Both the position numbers and the translations under genes were made by a program. Of a stretch of DNA of 64,000 nt, positions 48,588 to 58,200 are shown one piece after another; position 1 is the stretch's first letter; each line of letters begins with the position of its first letter. The notes beneath the pieces were generated by a model. It was given only the letters and a program-made list of their open reading frames with translations. It did no database searches and was not told where the DNA came from. Source of the DNA: Nitrospinota bacterium (GTDB taxonomy: Bacteria > JADFOP01); the NCBI GenBank assembly GCA_022562795.1, contig JADFOP010000007.1, positions 1-64,000 on the forward strand. The letters are read 5' to 3'.

Positions 48588-49886
48588 TCAAGGTGTGATC
48601 CGCCCCATGAGACGCGGGAATGGGATCGCCTCCCTGATGTGCCTGAGGCCGCAGAGCCACCCGACGGTGCGCTCGATCCCCAGGCCGAAGCCCCCGTGGG
48701 GCACGCTCCCGTAGCGACGAAGGTCCAAGTACCAATCGAAGGCCTCCTTCGGGAGATCGTGCGCGCCGATCTTCTCTTCGAGACGGGCGAGGTCGTCTTC
48801 GCGCTGGCCGCCTCCGATAATCTCCCCGTAGCCCTCCGGGGCCAGCATATCGCAACAGAGGGCGAGCTCGGGCCGCTCCGGGTCGTTCTTCATGTAGAAG
48901 GCCTTAACTTGGGTCGGATAGCGATGGATAAGGAGCGGCTTATCAAAGAGTTCCGAGAGGACCGTCTCCTCGTCGCCGCCGAAATCATCCCCCCACGTCA
49001 TGGCGACATCTCGGGCCTTGAGGCTTTCGACGGCCTCGTCGTAGCTTATGCGCGGGTAAGGTTTCTCGGCCGCCGGCTCGAGCGCCGCGACGTCCCTCCC
49101 CAACGTCTCAAGCTCCCGGCCGCACTCGCTTATAGCCCGGCCGACAATGGTCGCCACGTAGTCCTCGGCCAGGTCCATGACGGCATCGAGGTCGGCGTAG
49201 GCGACCTCCGGCTCGATCATCCAGAACTCCGTGAGGTGGCGTCGGGTCTTCGACTTCTCGGCGCGGAAAGTCGGCCCAAAGCAGTAGACCCGGCCGAAAG
49301 CCATCGCGGCCGCCTCCATGTAGAGCTGGCCGCTTTGAGTCAGGAAAGCCGTCTCGCCGAAGTAGTCGGTGGCGAAGAGCGTCGAGGTGCCTTCGCACGC
49401 CGCAGGGGTGAAGATGGGGGCGTCTATGAGGGTGAAGCCCCGCTCGTCGAAGTAGTCCCGGCTGGCCTTAATCACGGCGCCTCTGACCTTAAGTATGGCG
49501 TGCTGGCGGGCCGAGCGCAGCCAGAGGTGGCGGTTGTCCATGAGGAAGGCCACCCCGTGCTCCTTGGGACCGATGGGGTAGCCCGGGGCGAGCTGGACCA
49601 CATCGAGCGTCTCGACCCCCAGCTCGTAGCCGATGGGGCTTCGGGCATCGGCCCGAACGTTGCCGACCACCACGAGGCTCGACTCCTGAGTGACGGCGTC
49701 GGAGCGCTCAAAGACCTCCGGGCTCACGTCGGCCCTGGAGACCACGCACTGGATCGTCCCCGTGCCGTCCCGCACCTGGAGAAAGTGGAGCTTTCCCGAG
49801 GAGCGCTTGCTATAGAGCCAGCCTTTGAGGGTGATGGTCCGGCCCTCGTGGCGGGCTATGTCGGCTACGTAGACGTGCTCGGACAA
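48588..49886 (-). CDS. asnS: asparagine--tRNA ligase
   Basis: [52 protein letters not shown]; start TTG 49886 or GTG 49901. Confidence 0.96.
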   Translation of the reverse strand: MSEHVYVADIARHEGRTITLKGWLYSKRSSGKLHFLQVRDGTGTIQCVVSRADVSPEVFERSDAVTQESSLVVVGNVRADARSPIGYELGVETLDVVQLAPGYPIGPKEHGVAFLMDNRHLWLRSARQHAILKVRGAVIKASRDYFDERGFTLIDAPIFTPAACEGTSTLFATDYFGETAFLTQSGQLYMEAAAMAFGRVYCFGPTFRAEKSKTRRHLTEFWMIEPEVAYADLDAVMDLAEDYVATIVGRAISECGRELETLGRDVAALEPAAEKPYPRISYDEAVESLKARDVAMTWGDDFGGDEETVLSELFDKPLLIHRYPTQVKAFYMKNDPERPELALCCDMLAPEGYGEIIGGGQREDDLARLEEKIGAHDLPKEAFDWYLDLRRYGSVPHGGFGLGIERTVGWLCGLRHIREAIPFPRLMGRITP

Positions 49887-50006
49887 CGTAGATCCCCCCA
49901 CTCAAGGCCCATGCACTTCAATTCCTTAACCGCATGGCGACGGTACCATAGCTGCCCAGGTGAGACAAGGCTTCCGGGTATCGTCGTAAAGGTGGTGTCG
50001 GGGTGA

Positions 50007-50031
50007 TCCGCCTGAGGTCCGCCTGAGGCGG
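50007..50031. repeat. tandem TCCGCCTGAGG x2 ending in near-palindrome CCGCCTGAGGCGG (REP-like)
   Basis: Direct reading of sequence. Confidence 0.45.
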
Positions 50032-50082
50032 GACTACCCGATGTGGTAACAACCTTGCCGGAAGTGGGTCGACCAAAAGAGC

Positions 50083-50111
50083 TTGCTCTGTTTCACCGAA
50101 TCTTGTATCAT
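50083..50111 (+). promoter_or_regulatory. sigma70-like promoter of pyk leader
   Basis: TTGCTC-17 nt-TATCAT. Confidence 0.5.
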
Positions 50112-50233
50112 TTTGTAGATCTCATTTTCGTTAGCAAGGTGTAGGGACAGCCTTTATGGCTGTCAGCCCGGACTACATCCTGCAGAACGCCTCGAAGGTG
50201 ACCGGGAGGGGGAAAGTCAGTGTACGGAGTTGT

Positions 50234-50273
50234 AAGCCGAGTTGCCCGTTTAAGGGGCAAGCTCGGCTTTTTT
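50234..50273 (+). terminator. intrinsic terminator upstream of pyk
   Basis: AAGCCGAGTTGCCC-loop-GGGCAA(G)CTCGGCTT followed by T-run. Confidence 0.75.
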
Positions 50274-50345
50274 CATTATGGCTGGATTTATATAAGCAAC
50301 AGACGCGCGGCTCAAAAGTTGAGGTTTTCAGAATAGAGAATAAAC

Positions 50346-51788
50346 TTGAAGCTACCCAATCATAAAACAAAGATCGTGTGCACGATCGGGCCGGCTTCCC
50401 GCTCAGAGTCTGTCCTGAAGAAACTGGTCAAGAGTGGCATGAGTGTGGCCCGGCTCAATTTTTCTCACGGCACCCTTGAGGGTCACAGGGAAAATATCCG
50501 GCGCATACGCTCTGTAGCGGCCCAGTTAGATCGAGTAGTTACGACTCTTATTGATCTCCCCGGTCCCAAAATCCGCGTTGGCAAACTGCAGAACGAACCG
50601 CTTGTGCTTAAGAGAGGTGACAACGTGACCCTCACCACTAAGGATGTTCTTGGTACGACCTCCCTTATATCTGTCAATTACGACAGGTTACCAGAGAGCG
50701 TGTCTAAGGGTAGCCTCATCTTTCTCAACGATGGTTTTGTGGAATTGAAAGTACAGGAGGTATTAAGCAATGAGGTGAGGTGTAAGGTTACGATTGGTGG
50801 GCAATTACTATCCTACAAAGGCCTGAACCTTCCGAATGTAAAATTATTGATAGATGTAGTAACAGACAAAGATCTCGATTTTGTTGATTTTGGATTGAAG
50901 GAGGGGGTGGATGCCTTTAGCGTTTCGTTTGTAGAAAAGGCAGAGGATATCGTCAAGGTCAAGGAATTTGCAAGAAAAAAGGGCAAACCTATTTACGTGG
51001 TGGCAAAGATTGAGCGGGAAGAGGCAGTCAATAACTTCGATGAAATACTGAATGTGGCGGATGCGATTATGATCGCTCGTGGAGACCTTGGGGTGCAGAT
51101 ACCTCTAGAAGAGGTGCCTGCGGTCCAGAAAAAGCTCATCCACAAGTCAAATCTCTTGGGGCGTCCGGTCATCACCGCTACGCAAATGTTGGAATCCATG
51201 ACAGAGAACGTACGCCCAACTCGGGCTGAAGTAACAGATGTGGCAAACGCAATTTTGGATGGGACCGATGCCGTGATGCTGTCTGGAGAAACTGCGATTG
51301 GCCGATATCCTGTGGAGACGGTAAGAATGATGGCCAGAATCGCGGTGTCTATTGAACGTCAGCGGCTAAGCATAAGTCCATCATCGAACGTCGAAGAGTC
51401 CTTTCTGAGTGGTGTGGGTCAGAAGACCGTGTCGATTGAGGATGTTGTATCCCTGAATGTGATCGAAGCCATGCGCGCATTAAATGCACGCTTTATTTTG
51501 ACACCTACCGATACGGGCAATACACCTCGTCGTATCTCCAGATTTAAGCCCGATTGTTGGATTCTAGCTTTTAGTAAATGTGAGAGAACACACAGATTTT
51601 TATCATTGTCTTATGGAGTTTACCCATTTTTGATAGAGAACAAGGCTGATAGTTGGCATGATCTGGTAATGAAATTAATGAAAGATGCCAGATTAGGAAA
51701 AAGAGGTGACAAGGTGATATTAACTGAGGGCTTATCTTCTGGACAGGCTGGTGGTACCGATTCGCTTAGAATAATTACGTTGGTATGA
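50346..51788 (+). CDS. pyk: pyruvate kinase
   Basis: TKIVCTIGPAS, ARLNFSHG, AKIE, IMIARGDLG, ATQMLESM, DAVMLSGETA. Confidence 0.97.
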   Translation: MKLPNHKTKIVCTIGPASRSESVLKKLVKSGMSVARLNFSHGTLEGHRENIRRIRSVAAQLDRVVTTLIDLPGPKIRVGKLQNEPLVLKRGDNVTLTTKDVLGTTSLISVNYDRLPESVSKGSLIFLNDGFVELKVQEVLSNEVRCKVTIGGQLLSYKGLNLPNVKLLIDVVTDKDLDFVDFGLKEGVDAFSVSFVEKAEDIVKVKEFARKKGKPIYVVAKIEREEAVNNFDEILNVADAIMIARGDLGVQIPLEEVPAVQKKLIHKSNLLGRPVITATQMLESMTENVRPTRAEVTDVANAILDGTDAVMLSGETAIGRYPVETVRMMARIAVSIERQRLSISPSSNVEESFLSGVGQKTVSIEDVVSLNVIEAMRALNARFILTPTDTGNTPRRISRFKPDCWILAFSKCERTHRFLSLSYGVYPFLIENKADSWHDLVMKLMKDARLGKRGDKVILTEGLSSGQAGGTDSLRIITLV

Positions 51789-52061
51789 CGACCGAGAACT
51801 ATCGTTTCTTTTTCACTTTACCGCATATCCGTAAAGGGTTCTGGTTCCCAGCTTCCCGGACATTTGATCCGAGTGAGGCCGCCTGGCACCACTGAGGAGG
51901 CGGTCGGCGGCCCAGCGTCTCTCCCTCCCCGCACCAGACCCCTCTGCCCGGCGTCCACAGGTCGTGTCGGGGTTCCGCCTTAGGCTGGAGCCGCCCTTGA
52001 CTTCCCTGCCTGCCGCCGATAGGATGGACGCCTATCTACAAGAAGACCATACCGTGAATTC

Positions 52062-52970
52062 ATGCCTACATACCGCGTTCTCCAGGCCGATGTATTTACC
52101 GACCGCCCCTTCGGGGGCAACCCCGTTGCGGTGCTGCCCGACGCCGAGGGGTTGGACGAGGCGACGATGCAGGCCATCGCCCGGGAGATGAACCTCTCGG
52201 AGACGGCCTTCGTCTTTCCGCCGACTGACGCCGAGGCCGACGTACATGTCCGCTTCTTCACCCCCAATCAAGAGATCCCCTTCGCGGGACACCCTACCCT
52301 GGGCACCCACTACCTCCTCGCGCTGGAGGGCCGCTACGAGCTCGACGAGCCCGTGACCCGCATCCACCAGGAGATCGGCCTCGGAGTGCTCCCCGTGGAC
52401 CTCCACGTGGCCGAAGGAAGGGTGACCCACGTGGTCATGACCCAGGGGCTTCCGGTCTTCGGCCCAGAAGTAAGTGACCGCCGCCTGGTCGCCAGAGCCG
52501 TCGGCATGCCGCCGGAGGCCCTCGCCCCGGGGCTTCCCGTCCAGGTCGTCTCGACGGGGCTGCCCCATCTCATCATCCCCGTAGCCAGCCTCAAGGACGT
52601 GGAGGCCGCCTGCGTGGAGCGGGCCGCGATGGACGAGCTTGCAGAAGCCGTGGGGGTGGACTGCTTCATGCCCTTCAGCCTGGAGACGGCGGACCCGGAC
52701 AAGACCGTCCACGTCCGGATGTTCGCCCCGCGCATGGGAGTTTTAGAAGACCCGGCCACGGGAAGCGGCTCGGGGGCCCTTGGGGCCTACCTCGTCCGCT
52801 ACCGTCTGGTGGAGGTGAGCCTGCCCACAACGGTCATCGTCTCGGAGCAGGGGCTCGAGGCGGGCCGTCCCTCCACGCTCCTAATTGAGGTTGACGGGTC
52901 AGACGAGATTTTAGGCGTCAGGGTGGGCGGACAGGTGGTCAAGGTGATGGAAGGGACTCTTACATTTTGA
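52062..52970 (+). CDS. PhzF family isomerase
   Basis: DVFT..PFGGNP, LSETAF, EIPFAGHPT, EDPATGS. Confidence 0.93.
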   Translation: MPTYRVLQADVFTDRPFGGNPVAVLPDAEGLDEATMQAIAREMNLSETAFVFPPTDAEADVHVRFFTPNQEIPFAGHPTLGTHYLLALEGRYELDEPVTRIHQEIGLGVLPVDLHVAEGRVTHVVMTQGLPVFGPEVSDRRLVARAVGMPPEALAPGLPVQVVSTGLPHLIIPVASLKDVEAACVERAAMDELAEAVGVDCFMPFSLETADPDKTVHVRMFAPRMGVLEDPATGSGSGALGAYLVRYRLVEVSLPTTVIVSEQGLEAGRPSTLLIEVDGSDEILGVRVGGQVVKVMEGTLTF

Positions 52971-52980
52971 GGAGAAGACC

Positions 52981-53526
52981 ATGGAGCCTATTATTTACAA
53001 ATCGGAGGTTCTCTCACCCGCGGGCGCGATACGCCTGGCATGCACCGACCGGGGGGCCTGCGCGCTGGTCCTGCCCGGGGTGGTGAATCCCAAGGAGAAG
53101 GTCGCCCGGTCGTTCGCGCTTGCTAGGCCGGGCCCGGCCGACCACCCGATCCTCCGGCCACTCATCGAGGCCTGCTCGCGCTACTTCGGCGGCGAGCCGG
53201 ATGCTCTTGAGGGCCAGCCCGTGGACTTCTCTTTCGTAACGGACTTTCAAGCCCGCGTCTTAGAGGCGGCCCGGACCATCCCTCCGGGAATGGTCCGCTC
53301 CTACGGGTGGGTCGCCCGCAAGTTGGGAAACCCTAAGTCGGCCAGGGCCGTGGGCGGGGCGCTGGCGGCGAATCCGGTTCCGCTGATCGTGCCCTGCCAC
53401 CGGGTGGTCGCGGCCAACGGCTCCCTTGGAGGTTTCACGGGAGGAATTGCGTGGAAACGCAGGCTCCTGGCGATTGAAGGAGAGATTTCCGGCCATTCTC
53501 TCAAAAAATCGCAAAAAAACCCTTGA
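52981..53526 (+). CDS. ogt: methylated-DNA--protein-cysteine methyltransferase
   Basis: ARAVG, NPVPLIVPCHRVV active site, K..LL..E. Confidence 0.93.
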   Translation: MEPIIYKSEVLSPAGAIRLACTDRGACALVLPGVVNPKEKVARSFALARPGPADHPILRPLIEACSRYFGGEPDALEGQPVDFSFVTDFQARVLEAARTIPPGMVRSYGWVARKLGNPKSARAVGGALAANPVPLIVPCHRVVAANGSLGGFTGGIAWKRRLLAIEGEISGHSLKKSQKNP

Positions 53527-53551
53527 CATTTTCCAAACATGGTTTTATATT
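53503..53551 (+). promoter_or_regulatory. strong sigma70 promoter with UP-like A-tracts
   Basis: TTGACA 53523-28, 17-nt spacer, TATATT 53546-51; predicted +1 at G53558. Confidence 0.75.
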
Positions 53552-53557
53552 GTTCTT

Positions 53558-53659
53558 GGGTCCGAAAGAGTCGAACGAACGCGCGACCTGCAAAGGGAGC
53601 GTGGCCCGGAGCAATCCGGGGCTCCTCGCAAGAGGGGTTCGGAAGGGTCTTTCGGGCCC
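53558..53659 (+). ncRNA. putative structured small RNA (four-way junction, three GCAA tetraloops)
   Basis: 12-bp terminal stem GGGTCCGAAAGA/TCTTTCGGGCCC, three GCAA-capped hairpins, dedicated promoter, no downstream + strand gene. Confidence 0.7.
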
Positions 53660-53744
53660 ACTACTTTTCCCCGATTTTCCGGGATTTTCCGAATATCCTC
53701 GCCCAACACGCCTAGAGCCACCACGACCCATCTCACTTTGGCCC

Positions 53745-54743
53745 TTAGACCGCCTCCAGGCGGCGGGCTTCAACCTGCCGCTCCAGCCATCCGAGAACCT
53801 CTCGCTCCAGCCTTAGGCCCAACATAGCATTAAGCCTGGGAATACCCCCCGGCGAGACGACGTTTACCTCGATAAGCCAGGGGCCGATGACGTCGAGGCC
53901 AATGAAGGCAAGGCCCTCCGCCGCGAGCTCGCTGGCCAACGCTTCCCATCGTCCACGAGCAGAGGTGGAGAGCTCCACTGGGGCCACCTGAGCGCCCATG
54001 GCCACGTTTGCGCGAAACTCGCCCGCCGGGGGAATCCGCCGCATGGCTCCGAGCAGGCGCCCTTCAAGACAGAGAATGCGCACATCTCCCGGCATTGGCC
54101 CGTGGACCTCCTGCTGGAGGAGCACCCCCTGCCCGGATGTCAGGCTCTCGGCCAAGGCAGGCTCAGCGGCGATGAGGCTCTCCAGGCGTGAGCGCTCGTC
54201 GGCCGGCACTCTGATGATTCCCAGACCTCCCCTCCCCTCTAGCGGCTTGACGATCAACGAGCCTGGGATCGACGAGGCCGCCTTGCCAAGCCCCTTCGCC
54301 GAGCTTACTATCGCCGATGGAGGCATCAGATGACCAAACCGCTCGACCACGTTGGCCTTCGATGCCCATCGTAGCAGGGCTCTTGGACCGTTGAGGCATG
54401 GAATCGTCCCGGCCAGGCGGGCCAGTAGCTCCGCCGCACCTCGATGAACCGGAGGGTCTTTGCGCCAAATAAGGGCGTCGAGGGTCTTTATATCTAAGGG
54501 CACGGACGGACGGCTGACCACCCGAGCCTGGAGGCGGCGCCAAAAAATCCCCAGATCGTCTGTGATGGGAAAGTCGATGTCATAGGCCAGGCCGACCAGG
54601 CCTCCTGCCTCCTCGCTGATGCTCTCGGGAGGTAGACACCATAGGCGGTGGCCCCTGAGATGGGCAGCGTGGAGAAGACAAGCGCCCGTTCTTCTATCAG
54701 CGGGAAATAGGATGGGGGAGGACATAACAACTGCGAGACGCAT
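53745..54743 (-). CDS. GshB-like ATP-grasp ligase (divergent paralog)
   Basis: WRKDPP, KPLEGRGGLG, GDVRI, FRANVAMG, GLDVIG..LIEVNVVSPGG; start set at MRLAVVM. Confidence 0.8.
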   Translation of the reverse strand: MRLAVVMSSPILFPADRRTGACLLHAAHLRGHRLWCLPPESISEEAGGLVGLAYDIDFPITDDLGIFWRRLQARVVSRPSVPLDIKTLDALIWRKDPPVHRGAAELLARLAGTIPCLNGPRALLRWASKANVVERFGHLMPPSAIVSSAKGLGKAASSIPGSLIVKPLEGRGGLGIIRVPADERSRLESLIAAEPALAESLTSGQGVLLQQEVHGPMPGDVRILCLEGRLLGAMRRIPPAGEFRANVAMGAQVAPVELSTSARGRWEALASELAAEGLAFIGLDVIGPWLIEVNVVSPGGIPRLNAMLGLRLEREVLGWLERQVEARRLEAV

Positions 54744-54917
54744 GAAAGCTCCGGCGTGATGAGCTTGAAGGCTTGGCGCAGATTGTATCAGAGGCCCCTT
54801 CTCCGCAACAAGGCGGGGATAGCCCAAGGAGGCGGGGAAATGGACACGACGGACCCCCTGCTTTATATTGGCGCTGTCGGCCCACCTCACGCATCTACGA
54901 ATAGGAGGAAACCGGGT

Positions 54918-55244
54918 ATGGCCAGACGCTCTCTCATTGCCATCATGCTCCTTGGGTTCATCGGGGCCGTTGCCGTTCCCGCAGCACAAGCCTTTGAGTG
55001 TCCCACACGCCAGAAAGAGGCCCGAAAATTTCTGTATAAAGCCCGGGCCGCATCCCGGCAAGTCACAGACCCTGCAAAGCTGGGAACGATCGAAGAGCTT
55101 CTTGAACGGGCGGAGGAAAAACTTAACCAGTCAGAGACGACCCACTACGGGGCGAAAAGCACTGCCGACCACGCAACCAGCGTTCGGCTGGCTTATGAGG
55201 CCTTAGGCGATTCTAAGGAGGCGTACTACCTGGCCACGAAGTAG
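54918..55244 (+). CDS. small secreted hypothetical protein
   Basis: AGGAGG RBS, signal peptide ending AQA, helical mature part. Confidence 0.75.
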   Translation: MARRSLIAIMLLGFIGAVAVPAAQAFECPTRQKEARKFLYKARAASRQVTDPAKLGTIEELLERAEEKLNQSETTHYGAKSTADHATSVRLAYEALGDSKEAYYLATK

Positions 55245-55264
55245 GAGAAACCCCGCGGTTAGAA

Positions 55265-58200
55265 TTAAGGAGCCTGGCGTCGAGCCGTCTCGGTGACTTC
55301 AAGAGCCTCTTGAGCCCGCCTGTTGTATGGGTCGAGGGCAAGGGAGCGCTGGTAGGCTTCGCGGGCGGCTTCTGAATCCCCAAGCGCTTTGAGGACATCG
55401 CCGATGGCGGCATGGAGCTTAGCCTTTCTCCCAGGAGTCTCAGCCAATCCGAGGGCCGCCTTGTACAGGGTCAGGGCCCGCCGCCACTGCATGTGTTCGA
55501 CATATCGGTCCGCGACGGCGGCAAGCTGCGTGGGGCTCCGCCTGTTGATCTTGGCGTCCAGGGAAACTGAGACGTCATAGAGCTCTTCGGCCACGGGATC
55601 GGACGGCATCTCCAAAGCCAGGACAGCCTCCAGGGCCGGCAAAGCTAGAGGGCCGACTCTCTTCAGGCTCCGGGCCGCTTCGGCCCGGATTGACGGGTCG
55701 GCCTCCACAAGCCGCTCCAACAGAACAGAAACCGCACGCTCCTCCCCAATCAGCCCGAGCACCCTAACGATCTCCCGCCGCGCGAAGGGGTCCGGGTCGG
55801 CCGCATGTGCTATGAGCGCTGCAATCGCTTTAGACGATGGGTATCGCTCTAAGGCAGCGGCCGAGCTGTAGCGAACCCCAGGGTCGGGGTCGTCGAGCGC
55901 TCGGATGAAGAGATCTTCCTGGGCTCTATCAGGCCTGGCAGCATACGCGCCCAGGGCCGCCGCCCTCACCTCCGCCACCTCGTCGACGACAAGCCGAGCG
56001 AGGACGCCATCGGTCGCATCACCCCCAATCCTCCCAAGAGCTTCGGCTGTCACCCGTCGGACCTCAGCATCACCGTCGGTGGCACACATAGCCACAGAAT
56101 TCCTCGCCGCGTGGTCCGCCAGGTCACCGAGACCCTGGACGGCCTCGGCTCGGATGAGGTGGTCAGGGTCTGTCAGGAGACCCTTCAACGTCGGGATGGC
56201 CCGTCGGTCGCGAAGACGTCGGAGCGTGGCGGCCGCCTCGCGTCGGACTGAGACATCCATCCCCTGGAGGGCCTCCGTCAATACCTCTACTGAGCGGGGG
56301 CCGCTCATCCGGCCAAGGGCTTGAACCGCGGCGCTCTGGACCACCGGAGCCCCATTGGCCAGCAACCTCTGTAGCGTTTGTTGGGCCTCGGAGCTTCGCG
56401 CCCGCCCAAGCGCGATCGCCAAACCCCGCTGTTCCAAGACAGACGAGCCGTTGAGGGCATTCCCAATGGCCGCCACTGCGTCCTTCGTCCCTACCTCCCC
56501 CAGGGCCTCGGCCGCCGCCTGCCTAACCCGGAGGGACTCATCCCCCAATGCCTCCCGCAAGGGGGCAACCGCGCTGGAGGCCTTCATGGCCCCTAAGGCA
56601 TGAGCCGCTTCTGCCCTAACTGCCACATCTGAATCCTTAAGGAGACGGCTCAGGGCGGCCTGGGATTCGGGTCGAGCCAGCTTGCCCAGGGCGCGGGCCG
56701 CGAACCTCCGGACCAGACGATTCTCATCCGCGAGAGCCTTCTCAAGGGCGACTGTCGCTCCCCGACCGCCGACCTGCCCGAGCACGGTCACGACGCGAGT
56801 CCTTAGAGCCGGGGCCTCGCCGTCCATGAGGGCATCCAACGCGGGGACCACCCGGTCCCTTGGCGCCAGGGCCAGGGCTGCCGCCGCCCCGGCCTGGACC
56901 GAGGGGTCCTTATCTTTGAGGGCGGCCACCAATGGTCCAACCGCTTCAGCCCCGCCGCCACGTTGAAGCCCTACCACCGCCGCCCGCCGAACTCGAGCAT
57001 CGCGGTCCCGGAGTCCTTCAAGAAGGGCTGAGTGGGCTGCAGAATTACGGACGTAGCCGAGAACCTTCAAGGCACGCTCCCGGTCAGATGTGAAGGAGGC
57101 CTCCCGGGCCTGAGCGACCAGCTCCTCGGTCAGCTCATCCACGGTGGCACCATCGACCCCCATCGCGCTCGGAAGAAGTCGCGCCGACAGCCGTAGGTAG
57201 CGGCGGGAGGCCTTTGGGAACTCCTCGGACATGGCACGACGGAGACGGGCGAGAAGAAGATCGAAGATGATCGTCGCATCCTCAACCAGTCCCACTAGAA
57301 AGCTTGCGGCATACTGCATGGCAGGGTCATCCAGGAAGGGCGCCAGCTCTGCCTCAGCCTTCCCCTCTCGCTCGGCGCCGGGGAGACGGCGGGCCACAGC
57401 CGTCGCATGAAAGTATTCGCGGAAGGACGGCAAGAGAAAGCGCACCTGGTAGCCTGAACTCCACGAAGTCGCGGACGAATCCGCCACAATGAGGTCGGTC
57501 TGCAACAAGACCTCCATGGCCTTAGAAGCTTTTGATATTACCGACACTGAGGGCTCTTTGAGCCGACCCTTCAGGGTCTGGGCGAGGGCCGCCTCAGCCT
57601 CAAAGCGTGGGAGGGTCTCACGCCTCGGACCTATGGTTTCAGCCAGCTTGCCCAGTAGGTACTCCTTGGCCTGTGGGGACAGGGCCTCACCCTCCTCGTC
57701 CTCAGTACGAGAGGAACTCAATGCCTCGAGCGTGACGGCACGGTAGAACGATCCCAGACGATGCGGCACCGTCCGGTTACGCCGATATTGTTTGAGGAAC
57801 ATGGCCATGACGAGTGGGTTGCGAAGTGCCCGGGCAACCCGTGGAGTTCTTCGAAGATCGGCCACAACGGCGTCGGGGGCTTGAGGAATAGCATCCCGGA
57901 CCACACCAGCCAGCTCAGCTTCCTGAAACTTGGCGACCCAGACTTCCGTGAGCGGACTCAGGGATGGCCGGAGAGAGCGGCGAGCGAATTCGATCCGGTA
58001 GCCGACCCACCAGCGGTTATTTCTCCAGGATACATCGGATATCAGGGAGCGCACCGCCTCAGCGGTCCTAATCGGATCGCCGCTCGCTTCCAAGCGGGTC
58101 ACGACCAGCAGGAAGCCGCCTTCGGCAGCCCGCTGACGGACAACCCTCCCGGGAATCTCAACCCCATGGGATTGAGAGGATGCACGGAGGGTGGCCACTA

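Noticed and set aside
48639-50006. 455-aa ORF antisense to asnS, and similar long shadow ORFs (6267-7232, 13007-13867, 16286-17170)
   Set aside because: No recognisable motifs; expected by-product of GC-rich codon usage opposite real genes
50055-51862. Inverted-repeat-like flanks around pyk (CCGGAAGTGGG...ACCA versus TGGTTCCCAGCTTCCCGG)
   Set aside because: Match needs gaps, and there is no target duplication or transposase; likely chance
54744-55061. N-terminal extension of the ATP-grasp ORF
   Set aside because: Overlaps the + strand secreted protein gene; GshB-like similarity begins at MRLAVVM (54743)
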